Source of the DNA: Octopus bimaculoides
Taxonomy: Eukaryota
Length of the DNA stretch: 55,428 bases
Direction: 5' to 3'
Assembly: GCF_001194135.2 (NCBI RefSeq)
Contig: NC_069006.1
Coordinates: forward strand, 3,887,396 to 3,942,823
This document shows positions 36,480-49,883 of the stretch, in pieces. Below the pieces are notes generated by a model, which worked only from the letters and a program-made list of their open reading frames with translations, ran no database searches and was not told where the DNA came from. The position numbers and the translations under genes were made by a program. How positions within the stretch are numbered: position 1 is the first letter of the stretch; each line of letters begins with the position of its first letter.

Positions 36480-36970
36480 CGCACTCTACCAAGCGACCCA
36501 CTTACGGCCTTCAGCAATTAATTCCAGCTCATTTAGTTGTTCACAGTAGCACCATGCTGGTCAGAGACTTGTCCAAAATAATCTCAAGCGAAGATGAAGC
36601 GGTGTCTTTTTGAAAGGCCACAATCTTATTGGCCAGGTAGGAAAGAATGGGTGAATTCCGGCCAATATTGAAATGTCTGAAGAAAGGGTGCCAAGCATAT
36701 CGCTCAGTTCGGGACGGAAATCAGTTTTTCCACTAGACCGACTTAAATGGAAAGTCGCCTAATAATATTACAGACTGGTTTAATATGTGTCGTGAAGTTT
36801 GTAGCAAAATAATATCACACCAAACGAGGAGGTCAAATGATTGGCACACAGGAAAATCCTATACAGATTGACGAGGCTCGGTTAGTTGGTCGTCGTAAAT
36901 ATAACCGTGGTCGAATGTTGAGTGGTGATCAACCTCTGAACTAGGAAGATTCTGACGCAGAACATATGAA
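36480..36970 (+). mobile_element. Merlin-superfamily (IS1595/ISXO2-like) DNA transposase remnant
   Basis: MLVRDLSKIISSEDEAVSF* from 36554; KCLKKGCQAYRSVRDG; DWFNMCREVCS; then GQMIGTQENPIQIDEARLVGRRKYNRGRML (IDE at 36867-36875), fitting the Merlin motif V(E/Q)IDE...RKY(N/H)RGR; stops and frameshifts present. Confidence 0.85.
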
Positions 36971-37174
36971 TAAGAATATGCTCCTTCCCTTTTGTAAAAT
37001 AAATGTTTAATGATTTTTAACATATTTCATACTACCAACAGTCAGTAGACATCATACTTCAGTAGAAAATGGATAGTAGATATCATAGTATAGTAACACC
37101 CCTTTTTATATACACCCTCGACAGCAACTTGACATATACATTCATACACATACATCTCAATACATATATCGTTT

Positions 37175-37380
37175 TTACTATGTGCAGAAGATCTGAAATT
37201 TTGTGGGAGGGTGCTAGTCGATTATATCGATCCGAGTACTCAACTGGTACTTATTTCATCGACCCCGAAAGGGTAAAAGATAAAGTCGACTTCGGCGGAA
37301 TTTGAATTCGGAACGTAATGACGGTAGAAATGCCGTTAAGCATTATATCCGGCGTGCTAATTATTCCAGGGACTCGCCCG
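37175..37380 (-). mobile_element. SINE family B copy
   Basis: CTGGTACTTATTTCATCGACCCCGAAAGG...AGTCGACTTCGGCGGAATTTGAATTC. Confidence 0.85.
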
Positions 37381-37625
37381 TACATATATACATAAATATA
37401 TACATACGTGCATACATAAAACTCTTACACGCATGCATCCATACATCCGACCGTCCGTCCGTCCGTCCGTCCAGCCAGACAGACAGAGAACATCTTAATA
37501 TACACTTTGCACATCAACTTCACGCACATACATTCATACATATATACATAAATACACACGAACTTATCTTTCTGTCTATCTGTGTATCTAGTCATAGATA
37601 GAGAGGTAGACTGTGTATATGACTG

Positions 37626-37688
<63 letters not shown>

Positions 37689-37766
37689 GTCTGTCTATCT
37701 ATTAGATAGATACATACATACATGCATACATAAATAGATAGATAGAAAGATATATGNNNNNNNNNN

Positions 37767-37813
<47 letters not shown>

Positions 37814-38150
37814 TACAACTATATATATCCTCTCTCTCTCTACGCCAGCTTTACGCACACTCACCTATCCGTAGACTTGTCTATCTCATTTGCTGTTGAT
37901 TATTACTCTTACTTATTAAAGTGCCGCATGTACAATAACAATAGCCTGACTGTATCTATATTTCACACGCAGGCCAGTCTACCAATTGTCATCTCTTATA
38001 TACCACATTATACATTTCAGCTACTTTACAGTGTTTTGACTAAACTATACACATACACAGCATATATATATATATATACTTCAATGGTTATACATGATAT
38101 ACATATGACGTGCGTATAACATTGCAGATTGTACACATATATATTATATA

Positions 38151-38189
<39 letters not shown>

Positions 38190-38400
38190 TACATATATAT
38201 ATATACACATATATGTATATATGTATATATATACACATATATGTATATATACATATATATATATGTATATATATACTTACAAATGCGCATGTATATATGT
38301 ATATTTTTATATACATATACTTATGTATATATACATACATATACGTATGTTTGTGTATGTATGTGTATATATCGCATCACGTATACAATAACGATACATA

Positions 38401-38424
<24 letters not shown>

Positions 38425-38440
<16 letters not shown>

Positions 38441-38774
38441 GTTGGAATATATTGTACACATGTCTATGACATATTCGCACTGATGATATACATACATACT
38501 TGAGGTGTATACATGACGTCTCCACTTATTATGTACATCATATAGGAATATTGCTACAGTTCGTATAATATAGTCTCGCCATATTGCTACGTGTAATACA
38601 TATGTATATATATATATATATATATATGTAATATATATATATATATGTGTATATATNNNNNNNNNNNNNNNNNNNNNNNNNNNNNNNNNNNNNNNNNNNN
38701 NNNNNNNNNNNNNNNNNNNNNNNNNNNNNNNNNNNNNNNNNNNNNNNNNNNNNNNNNNNNNNNNNNNNNNNNNN

Positions 38775-38809
<35 letters not shown>

Positions 38810-39110
38810 TATACACACACATACATATATCATATTTTACATGCATGCTATAGGACTTACTCGTGTTAATTACCAGATTTATATAAGGGGTATGTATAAT
38901 GGACATATACTTACTGGTGTGTTATATATATATATCTGTATTACACGTAGCAATATAGCGAGACTATATAATACGATCTGTAGCAATATTCATATATGAT
39001 GTACATAAGCGGAGGCATCACGTATACTCCTTCAACCATGTATGTATATCATCAGTGCGAAAATGTCATATACATGTGTATAATATATTCCATCTATATG
39101 TGTGTGTGTG
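38425..39110. repeat. Long imperfect inverted repeat (~175-bp arms, ~335-bp spacer)
   Basis: 38425-38600 is the reverse complement of 38937-39110 with few mismatches; perfect 24-bp core TTCGCACTGATGATATACATACAT (38474-38497 / 39038-39061). Confidence 0.9.
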
Positions 39111-40045
39111 TTTACAAATACACATCAACAGTAGTATATTAATACTGTGATGTATATTACATATGTACAATACATGTAATAAACGCACTATGAGTACCAG
39201 TTTATGTACAGACATACACACACATACACACACATATGAAGTATGGGTTCGATTTTTACGCGTAACTCAACCCATTTTTTCCGGCGTGGGTTTATATGTC
39301 CCAATATTAGTCTATTGTCTATAGTCATAGATACAGTGAAAATTTATATATATATATACATACATATATANNNNNNNNNNNNNNNNNNNNNNNNNNNNNN
39401 NNNNNNNNNNNNNNNNNNNNNNNNNNNNNNNNNNNNNNNNNNNNNNNNNNNNNNNNNNNNNNNNNNNNNNNNNNNNNNNNNNNNNNNNNNNNNNNNNNNN
39501 NNNNNNNNNNNNNNNNNNNNNNNNNNNNNNNNNNNNNNNNNNNNNNNNNNNNNNNNNNNNNNNNNNNNNNNNNNNNNNNNNNNNNNNNNNNNNNNNNNNN
39601 NNNNNNNNNNNNNNNNNNNNNNNNNNNNNNNNNNNNNNNNNNNNNNNNNNNNNNNNNNNNNNNNNNNNNNNNNNNNNNNNNNNNNNNNNNNNNNNNNNNN
39701 NNNNNNNNNNNNNNNNNNNNNNNNNNNNNNNNNNNNNNNNNNNNNNNNNNNNNNNNNNNNNNNNNNNNNNNNNNNNNNNNNNNNNNNNNNNNNNNNNNNN
39801 NNNNNNNNNNNNNNNNNNNNNNNNNNNNNNNNNNNNNNNNNNNNNNNNNNNNNNNNNNNNNNNNNNNNNNNNNNNNNNNNNNNNNNNNNNNNNNNNNNNN
39901 NNNNNNNNNNNNNNNNNNNNNNNNNNNNNNNNNNNNNNNNNNNNNNNNNNNNNNNNNNNNNNNNNNNNNNNNNNNNNNNNNNNNNNNNNNNNNNNNNNNN
40001 NNNNNNNNNNNNNNNNNNNNNNNNNNNNNNNNNNNNNNNNNNNNN

Positions 40046-40120
<75 letters not shown>

Positions 40121-40208
40121 ATATATAAAATTATAACTGTTCAAGTTCGCTTTTAAGGTGTGGTGTATTTCTCTCATTTATTAACAATTGACTAATGACA
40201 TAGACATC

Positions 40209-40239
<31 letters not shown>

Positions 40240-40400
40240 AGGGTGTCTCGAAAAGTCAGCCTTGCATTTGCAAACTTCCAGTGGCAGCTTAGAGCAAAAC
40301 TTCCTATGTTCGAGTTCTAGTCTTCCTCCCTTCATCATTTTTAATGGGTGAAATCTAAATGGAAATACCACTGGATGCATACATTTTTTGAAACATCCTG
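40240..40400. mobile_element. Small Tc1/mariner-derived MITE
   Basis: AGGGTGTCTCGAAAA at left, TTTTTTGAAACATCCTG|TA at right; right end resembles the TIR at 41460-41486. Confidence 0.6.
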
Positions 40401-40408
40401 TATATACA

Positions 40409-40439
<31 letters not shown>

Positions 40440-41486
40440 GTATATGTTTCAAACAGATCCCTCTATGCGACTTAGATTCACTCTCATTAGTGGTGAGTTT
40501 GAAGCAGATAGAACTACCGTTCAGAATGTCCACAAGAAACTCTTTGGAAGGCTGCAGATACTGACCATTCCACAAAAACAAAAAAAGGGTACTAGGAAAC
40601 TTATTTCCAGATTTCAAGAAAACTTGTGCGATAGTATTCACAAAATTAGGTGTCTATCGCCTTTTGAAGTGCAATCATTGACAAATTTACATTCCAAGAA
40701 TAATCGATGTTCTCAATGAAAATGAACTGAAGCGAACAGTGGTGTTTTGCGAGTGGTTCTTCGCAAGGTGTGTAGAAAATGCGTATGTTCCAATAAAGAT
40801 TGTTTAATGGCTCAGTTAATCGCTTGAACCTACTGGGGACCTTGAAAATCTGTCTATTACAGATGAAAATCATGTTAATTTCTCACGGGGTAAAGTAAAG
40901 TATGGTTCAACTTATCATCCAAATGATTTAACCGCATCATTCTTTTTTGACGATACAATGATTGGTCCTGTTTACGTGAACTTGCTACGGCAATGTGTCA
41001 TGTCAAGTATTCAAGAGGATTTTTAAAATATAGAGATTTCCAACAAATTGCGACACCGCCACACTACAACATTAATCTAAGGAGCTACATTGATGAAATT
41101 TTGCCAACAAAGTGGATTAAACGAAGAGGTTCAGTAGAATACTCTCTGCCTTCACCGGATCTCACAACACAAAAGTTTATTTTATGGAAGAACTTAAAAG
41201 GATGAAGTTTATGTACAAAACCGGCAACAATTGAGGACTTGAGGGCAGCCATTTAACGAAAATGTGTACAAACATCGAACGAAATCTTTTTTAATGTTTC
41301 AGATTCTATTGCTTCACATTATCAGTAGGCCCTGGACTAGAACCTGCCATCAGTTTGAAAACAGGTATTCATAAAAAAAATTGAATTATATCTGTAGATC
41401 CTATTCAATTTTCAAAATGAAACATCTTAATCAACACTAACTTAATAATCATTCAATATGTGCATACATGTTTTGGGGATACCCTG
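40440..41486 (+). mobile_element. Degenerate Tc1/mariner transposon, DD41D (rosa-like) type
   Basis: FQQIATPPHY...KWIKRRGSVEYSLPSPDLTTQKFILWKNLK..TKPATIEDLRAAI (41038 onward) matches FQQDGAPPH..WIGRRG..WPPRSPDLTPLDFFLWG; 41 residues lie between the two (mutated) Asp positions; TIR GATACCCTG|TA ends at 41486. Confidence 0.85.
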
Positions 41487-41822
41487 TATTCATAAGGAAA
41501 CTCAGCTGTTGCGTTTTTGAAAGTACTGTCTTAACCTGTAATCGCGTAACGAGAATCCTTCGAAGATGTATACGCATTACATTACAGGAATCGGAACGGG
41601 TACACTTCTGTAACGTGGAGATGCGTCTGTGTGAAAATGTACGATTGCACGTATAGGTCGTAATGTGAGAGCTACAGAATTCAATATTTCGTAGAGGGTG
41701 GACAGATACGTCCAATTATATCAAAAGTTGGCAGTTGAACTAGCAGTGAAACGGCGCGTAGCTCCAACTTTTAATTTACTAAACACAAACACATGTATAT
41801 GTATATATATATATATGTATAC

Positions 41823-41862
<40 letters not shown>

Positions 41863-42275
41863 NNNNNNNNNNNNNNNNNNNNNNNNNNNNNNNNNNNNNN
41901 NNNNNNNNNNNNNNNNNNNNNNNNNNNNNNNNNNNNNNNNNNNNNNNNNNNNNNNNNNNNNNNNNNNNNNNNNNNNNNNNNNNNNNNNNNNNNNNNNNNN
42001 NNNNNNNNNNNNNNNNNNNNNNNNNNNNNNNNNNNNNNNNNNNNNNNNNNNNNNNNNNNNNNNNNNNNNNNNNNNNNNNNNNNNNNNNNNNNNNNNNNNN
42101 NNNNNNNNNNNNNNNNNNNNNNNNNNNNNNNNNNNNNNNNNNNNNNNNNNNNNNNNNNNNNNNNNNNNNNNNNNNNNNNNNNNNNNNNNNNNNNNNNNNN
42201 NNNNNNNNNNNNNNNNNNNNNNNNNNNNNNNNNNNNNNNNNNNNNNNNNNNNNNNNNNNNNNNNNNNNNNNNNNN

Positions 42276-42343
<68 letters not shown>

Positions 42344-42700
42344 GAATGGACACAGGCGGACTCATGCACGTTATGTACTCATACATTACTTTATTTGCGG
42401 TTGTGGATGCGCGTAGGCGTATATACACACATATATGCATACATAGATACGAGTGCGTATTGTGGTGTTAGCAGGAAGACATTTGAAGTCGTATTTGTTT
42501 GTGCTACACAGGTGCATGTAGACACACACACACACGTACACACACAGAGACTTACTCAATCACACACACACAACGCATATACAGACACGTAATGTATATA
42601 TACATACTCATATATAGATATACATACGTATTGTATATATAACATACCTATCTCTGTATAAAACGTTCAAATGTGCGTATATGTATTCGTGGGGTGTATA

Positions 42701-42786
<86 letters not shown>

Positions 42787-43203
42787 GCACATCAATGTAT
42801 ATGTGTGTGCGCGTGTGTGTGTATATGTGTTTAGTACATAATGCTCTCGAGCCTTCCTTTAAAACATTCTCTATTATCTCATCTGCTTCTTCCTCCCCTC
42901 CGTTCTCCTCTTCCTCCTCATCACCAACATATCTTACTCCTCGTTCTTCTCCACCTCCTTATCATCATCATCATAACCATCGTAAGCCATGCCAGTGGTC
43001 GTCATAACAGAGGCTGCTATTCTCAATCTTTTTGGGTTTTTTTCCTCCTCATTCTCTAGACAAATATTTCTAGAATGTGGATATATAATCCTGCTGCTAC
43101 ATATTACTGCATGGATGGATATTGCGTGTGAAATACAATAAATACACAACGTTTGTTTATTTCTGCATAGTTCTTTAATGTCACCTTCGCGATTAAATAA
43201 TAA

Positions 43204-43380
43204 CTCCTGCTCTCAATCGTTGTTCGCAGTATTGTGAAGCGGCATCGTTTGTATTCTATATTTGTAGAAGAAAGATAGAGAAGCAGTAAGGTTGATCTTG
43301 GCTTCTGCACTCAATCGCTGTACTGTATTGTGAAGCGGTATGTTGAAAAAAATTCTATATATGAAGATGAAAGATGGAGG
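43204..43380. repeat. Diverged ~100-bp tandem duplication
   Basis: CTCAATCG...GTATTGTGAAGCGG...ATTCTATAT...GAAAGAT occurs twice. Confidence 0.7.
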
Positions 43381-43967
43381 CCCGTAAATGGAGTTGATCT
43401 TTGTCCCAAATTTAGTCACCTGATTTACGTTAAATTCCTTCCCATTTCCTCATTTAGCTTGTGCACCTTCAACACTATTAACATTCATTTTAGTTTCATG
43501 TCAGTTTATGAAGATATAATTTGACGGTGTCTAACTATTTAACTCCAGCCTCAAACCTTTCATATCTTGATGAGTTAACGATGACCCCCTGGTTAAGTCT
43601 ATGTGCTCACTCGAATCGCGAGAAATAGCTGCTGAATCTATCTCGAATGATACACTGTTCTCATCAAAAAGAGAACAGACTGGATAGGATATTCTTTGAT
43701 ATTGTTCGATTAAAAGACATGGCTGTTGTTCCTGACTGGAAAAACCTTTGATCATAGAATATCTGCTGATTTGGAGCTAAATAACAATAATAACTACAAC
43801 GGAAGATATATAACTGGTGATATAATTGTAAATATCAGCAATATGGTCGCAGGAAAATACCTGGTGGGAAATATCAAATACTAAATATGTTAAGGTTTTG
43901 CACAGCCTATGAGGGTGGGGCTCAGGTACTTATACTGTCCGTTTGCCTGGATAGCTTTCAAAAATAG

Positions 43968-44118
43968 CTCGGAGATCTCAGAGAGTTTCCAGAAATTCAA
44001 AGGAAGGGTCCCGGAGATCCATGGAGGGTTCGGAGATTCAAGGAAAGTCTGGAGGTCTAAGGAAATGCTCAGAGATCCTAAAATAAGCTTGGAGATTCAA
44101 GGTGTGGCCTGGTGACCC
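43968..44118. repeat. Degenerate ~19-bp repeat array (GGAGATYC cores), possibly subterminal repeats of a DNA transposon
   Basis: About seven GGAGATC/GGAGATT-like units, ending in CTGGTGACCC. Confidence 0.5.
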
Positions 44119-44829
44119 AAGAAGGGTTCGTGAATTTCTGATGGAGGGAGAAGTGGAACCCATCGTCTTCTCATGTGGTGACCCGAAAGCAACCTCGTTC
44201 TGCTTTCCACAATTTCTCTTGATCGGAGGCTGTGGGGAGGGAGAACACATTGGTATTGTAGAGAGTTGAAAAGCTGAGTTTATCAATGCCATTAGTAAAT
44301 AAAAACTCCTTATGCTAATGGGATGTGCAAAATATCCGTTTAGGGTGAGAAGAAAACAAAGTTTTTCGCCACCCCAATAGATCTTTGCCCTTTAAAAAAA
44401 AAAGTGGTGAGGTAGTAACTCGAATGCGAGCAGTTGATCAGCAGCTATTGAACAATACAGACAATGAAGATTAGAGCAGGTCAGGTTTTAGAACCACCGA
44501 CGGCGGTGGGATATGAACTCAGAACCTAAAGAGCAGGAACAAATACTGAAAAGCACCCCCCCCCCNNNNNNNNNNNNNNNNNNNNNNNNNNNNNNNNNNN
44601 NNNNNNNNNNNNNNNNNNNNNNNNNNNNNNNNNNNNNNNNNNNNNNNNNNNNNNNNNNNNNNNNNNNNNNNNNNNNNNNNNNNNNNNNNNNNNNNNNNNN
44701 NNNNNNNNNNNNNNNNNNNNNNNNTGTTTTAGATTATTTTAATTTTTTTTTTTTACTTGTATTCACTCGGTAGACTGAATAGGGTGTATGTGTGTGTGTG
44801 AAGGGATAGTCGAAAAAAAACAACAACAA

Positions 44830-45125
44830 CGACTATAGTACTTATTCTTCCTAAGTCTGACACTTATTCTGACGCTCTCTTTTTGCTGAATCGCAAAGTT
44901 ACGACGAGGACGTAAACAAACCAACACCAATTGTCAACCGGTTGGAGAGACAAACACACAAACACAAGCATGTATATTCGATAGGGTTCAATGCAGTTTC
45001 TGTCTACCAAATTCAATCAGAAGGCTTTGGTCGGCTCTGGGGCTATTGTAGAAGATGCAAGCCCGAGGTGCTGCTCACTGGAACCATTTGGTCTCCAAGT
45101 GACCTTCTTAAGCATACAATCATGT
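44830..45125 (-). mobile_element. SINE family A, degenerate copy
   Basis: TAGTACTTATTC...GTAAACAAACCAACACC...CAGTTTCTGTCTACCAAATTC...GGCTTTGGTCGG. Confidence 0.7.
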
Positions 45126-45679
45126 CCAAGAGGGCAAATGTTTTCTTCAACCGCCACCAACACTACCATAAACAATACCGTCATTACTATCACTAACATA
45201 AAATTCAAAATTGAAAATAAAATAAAATAAAATAAATTAAAATAAGAATGAGACTTATTCTTCTCCTTGGATGTTGAGATTTTGTTTATAAACCGAAAAT
45301 AGAAAATAGTGAATGTTTGATTTAATGAATGCAACGGTATCTCATACTTTCTCGAAGTTTCTATCTACATTTCGTAATGTACAACAGCAATCGATATATT
45401 TTCCCACTTTATTATTATTATTAAGATAGTAGGGTTTGATGTGACATGAGGAGGACTTGGTTGCTATTTCTAGAGAATCGAAACGACAGCATAGAAACTT
45501 CGCTCGCTTGAAAGAGGTTTGACATCATAGAAATGCTAATCCGGGTTTTTAAACAACTAGGTACCAATGGATCTTTTGACCCATTGACGTTTCAGTTTAA
45601 TCGATCGCAGATAACGTTCACAGACAGCAACAAGTCTTCATCATTGCTTGAAATTTTTTTGCCGAATTTATGCGTCAAA

Positions 45680-45872
45680 TACTTTAGGCGCATGAGTGAT
45701 TGTGTGGTTTTGCAACCATGTAGTTTCGGGTTCAGTCCTGCTGCAAGGCACCTTGGCCAAATGTCTTCTAATATAGCCCCGAGCCGGCCAACCCCTTGTT
45801 ACTTAATTTGGTAGCCGGAAACCCAAAGAAGCCCGTCGTGTGTATGTGTGTTTATATATATANNNNNNNNNN

Positions 45873-45904
<32 letters not shown>

Positions 45905-46010
45905 ACTTCCCACATTGCTTGACAATTGGGGTTGATTTATTCGACTGAAGCCTTCAAAGCAGTGCCCCAGTATGACAACAGTCCAATGAGTGAAACAAGT
46001 AAAAAGTAAA
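45680..46010 (+). mobile_element. SINE family A, deleted copy
   Basis: GGCGCATGAGTGATTGTGTGG...GGGTTCAGTCC...GGCACCTTGGCCAAATGTCTTCT...AAGAAGCCCGTCG...CCAATGAGTGAAACAAGTAAAA. Confidence 0.75.
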
Positions 46011-46359
46011 ATATAAACACACTCAGGAGAGGTGTGAACACTCCACATACTCCATTTTCTTGTTCCTGCTAAATACGGACGATCGTTCTTTCTCTTGTCA
46101 CAACGATATCAAAATTCTTCTCCATCTCATCCAAATATGATAAAAATTATCGGTTGGTTACATTGAATGAATACACCTGCCACAGAGTAAATCCTTCTCT
46201 TCAAGTCATTTTCATAAGTTTCAAATCATTTTCATAAGTTTCTCTTACACGTCCATGCTTGTTTTCAGACTTTAGACTTCTTGTTACCGCTTGTTCCATA
46301 CGTTTTGAGTAACATAAACCTTTCCTTTCATAAGTCCAAAGTTACTCTATTATCTTTTG

Positions 46360-46700
46360 TATCTTTTACTTGTTTCAGTCATTAGACTGCGGCCATGCTG
46401 GGACACCACTTTGAAGAATTTTAACAAACCGACACCAATACTCAGTTTTTCTAAAGCCTGTCGTATATTTTGTGGAACCGCTAAGTTATGAGCGCATAAA
46501 CACACCAGCACCGGTAGCAAGCGCTAGGAGTGGCAGGGCAAACACACACATATACGATGGACTTCTTTCAATTTCCCTCTGCCAAATCCACTCACAAGTC
46601 TTTGGTCAGACACTTCCTCAAGGTGCCACGCAGTTTGACTGAAATCGGAACTACGTGATTGGGAAGCAAACTTCTTACCGCAAACAAGTCCTGCCTGCAC
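46360..46700 (-). mobile_element. SINE family A copy
   Basis: TTTACTTGTTTCAGTCATTAGACTGCGGCCATGCTGG...AAATCCACTCACAAG...AAGGTGCCACGCAG. Confidence 0.8.
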
Positions 46701-47179
46701 CTGTTGGTTGAAAATGAAACTAGGAATGTGTATCATATGGTTCCTGGACAACAGATAATGTCCTGTTTACCATCACATGTGATACATAAGACAGGCAAAG
46801 GGTTTTAACTATCTTTGATAAAGACAGAAGGTTCAGTGCGAGATCCATTAGAAGGGCAGACAACAGTTTGCATTACATTGAAGCTGTGCTTCATGTTACC
46901 TATATATAGCAAGGTGAAGTAAGTTAGCAATGGTTAAAGAAACGCAGGCGTATCCGAGTGTTTTTAAACGCAGTACGCGCATAAGAGATATATCATCTCT
47001 GGACGAAAACCTCAGTTTATTTTGCGTTTTCGTGATGTAATTTGCTTCAACTATGATACACAGGTGGCTATGTAAGTATTCAAGAGATGGGGCAACAGGA
47101 GAGACGTCCAAGTGGGATAACAGAAGACTTACCTGTCTATACAAGCAAACGTAGACACATGAATGATAGCCTTCGAATA

Positions 47180-47340
47180 TATAGGAGCTAACATGAACTA
47201 ACATATATGTAGGTACACAGGGTATATACGGGGTAACATACCTATAGGTATGCAAGGTATATACGGGTTAACATGGACTAAAATACACAAGCATATAGAA
47301 TATATTATATGGGCTAACATACATAAGCATATAGGATTTG
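47180..47340. repeat. Degenerate ~35-bp minisatellite
   Basis: TAACAT...AGGTATATACGGG units repeated. Confidence 0.5.
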
Positions 47341-47888
47341 TGGTAAGCAACATATATGGGACAACAGAGGGTTCTCTTCAGATAGTTGAGGCACATTATA
47401 CTATTATCACTGTTATCCCAAGCACCATAGAAATTGTGCATAGGAGGCTTAACAAGGCTAACAAAAGTTAAAATCTCAGTCATATTGTATCAGAGGTGTA
47501 GTAGCCTATGGGATAATATGAGCAATGTAAATGAAATATGTATTAATGTGTTAACAGGATCTAAACATAGGAATATAGGGTATACAATAATGTAATGGTA
47601 GGTGTTTGGGAGAGGGGTGCATCCAGTACGATATAAAGGGTTAAGTGTTCTACGTATGTTAGATAAAAGACCTCTAAAACCTTTATATACGAATGTGGCC
47701 ATGCGAACCCATAGTCCTATTACTATAGAACGTACGGACAATATAGTGGGGGGGGGGTATGTGTGTGTGTATATATATATATATACACACACACACATAC
47801 ACAAGCATATTTATATCTTCCAGGTGGTGCTATTAAATTAGACATAGTCTGGGCTAACTTCAGCTGAAACTTATCTAAGTTATCTATC

Positions 47889-47925
<37 letters not shown>

Positions 47926-47967
47926 TATATATATGCATCTGTCTATCCATATTGTCTCACTAACTCA

Positions 47968-48025
<58 letters not shown>

Positions 48026-48404
48026 ATATATATTATACGCACGCACACACACATATACACTCCTCAAAGGGAATAATAAGGTAGGTTCATAATGAAGGGG
48101 ATTAGCAGCTGACACATGGATATGTTCACCTTGGTTACTAGGCAATTATCAGTCCAAGCATACAGATTAATACTTAAGACTAATAGGACGTCAATAAGCA
48201 GGAAATGTAACCAAAGAAACAAGAGGTGGTCTGCATTAAAAATAGCATACAACACACACACACATACATTGAGACAAGCCTATTCACACACACACACATT
48301 GACACAGGATTTATCTAAGTCCTGAGTGTAAGGCAGCAGTCGGCCTTTGCTCGAAGTTCAATACTGCCTATGTGTGTGTGTGTGTGTATTTTCACGTATA
48401 TCTT

Positions 48405-48630
48405 GTATCTTTAACTTGCTTCACTTATTGAGTGCGAACATGCTGGGGGAACTGCCTTGAATTTTTAGTCGAATGAATCGACCCCAGTACTCCAGTTTTT
48501 ACAGCCTGGTACTTATTCTACGGATTAATAATGTCTGCCGAACCGCTAAATTGCAGGGACGTAAACACGCTGGAACCGGTTGTCAAGCGGTGGTGTGATA
48601 CAAACAGAAACAAAGACACACACACACACA
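48405..48630 (-). mobile_element. SINE family A, 3' half
   Basis: TTTTAGTCGAATGAATCGACCCCAGTAC...CCTGGTACTTATTCTA...GGTTGTCAAGCGGTGG. Confidence 0.8.
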
Positions 48631-49234
48631 CATAATTTTTATATATTTATATAGTTATATGTAGGTGTGTATATCTATTTATCTACGCACACACCTACAA
48701 TGTATGCATACGCATGCGTGAACATAATTAATTAGTATTCTTATACCTTTCTGAAAAGTACATATTTTTGAAATTAAAATTTTGAATAGATACATTTTCG
48801 AGGGTGTAAATTACGATGATGTTGATATTAAAAAGATATTTAAAAAAAAAAAGTTTCCGATCATTTTCTCCCCGCTCCTCCTCCACTTTATTTCTTCATA
48901 ATTGTCTTTGTAATGCATATTTTAAAATGATATTTTGCATAAATAATTTTCTGAATGTGTGATGTTGATGTCCCAGACGAAGAAATCTGGAAACATTCTC
49001 AAATAAAAGTGTAAACTACCAAATTCATGGTTATTGGTGGTAGATAAAAAAAAAGATGTTGGGGCTAGGAAGGGGAAGAAGGATTCGAAACCCTTTTAAA
49101 TGTTATGAACACAGTTGCAATTTATACCCTTGAAAACATATCTCTGCAAACTATTTGCTAAAAATATGCAAATTTCATAAAGTTTATGAGCAAACACAAT
49201 CGGTAGGTACCAAGACATACATGCGCGCACAGTA

Positions 49235-49500
49235 TGTATACGCAGACATGGCTGTGTGGTTAAGAAGTTCGCTTGCAACCACGCAGTTTCGGGTTCAGTT
49301 CCACTGTGCGGTACCCGGGCTGACTAATGGCCTTATTCGATATATATATATATATATGTGTTTCCTCGTGTTTATCCCATCCTACCGCTTGGGAGCTAAC
49401 GTTGATTTGTTTACGCTCCTGTCATCTAGCAGTTTGGCAAAAGGTACCGATACAATAGCTACCAAATTAAAAGCAAAAAAAACAACGACTAAGAACTAGG
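49235..49500 (+). mobile_element. SINE family A, deleted copy
   Basis: GCAGACATGGCTGTGTGGTTAAGAAG...GGGTTCAGTTCCACTG...GGTACCGATACAATAG. Confidence 0.75.
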
Positions 49501-49867
49501 GATGTTCAACTAAAACTAAGTCCCAGCAGGAACGCGGCCTGATGACATAAACGAGAAAAAGAAAAAAGACGTATATATATATATATAATGTATACATACA
49601 TACACGCACGTGTAGATACCCATATATATGCGTGAGTGTTCGTGAGATACTCTCATGTTCAGAATGGAACATACTAATATATTGCAAGCTAGGCAATACA
49701 GGGGTGTTAGGTTGTTAGTCTCTAACCATTATACTAACATTGGGGATGACAGGTCGTTTATCGAAGTGATATTATTTTTGTAGAAAGACAGATATTTTTT
49801 TTTCACATTCTGTATTTATCTTTAACCTTTTAAAGAAATTTGATATCTTTTTTTTTTTTTTTTGTAG

Positions 49868-49883
49868 GTGGGGCCATTTCTCC
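49868..49883 (+). CDS. Candidate microexon 3 (16 nt)
   Basis: Poly-T run then GTAG|GTGGGGCCATTTCTCC|GTAAGT; GC-rich island between strong splice signals. Confidence 0.45.

Noticed and set aside
43531-43755. 74-aa non-repetitive minus-strand ORF
   Set aside because: No recognisable motif and no convincing splice signals
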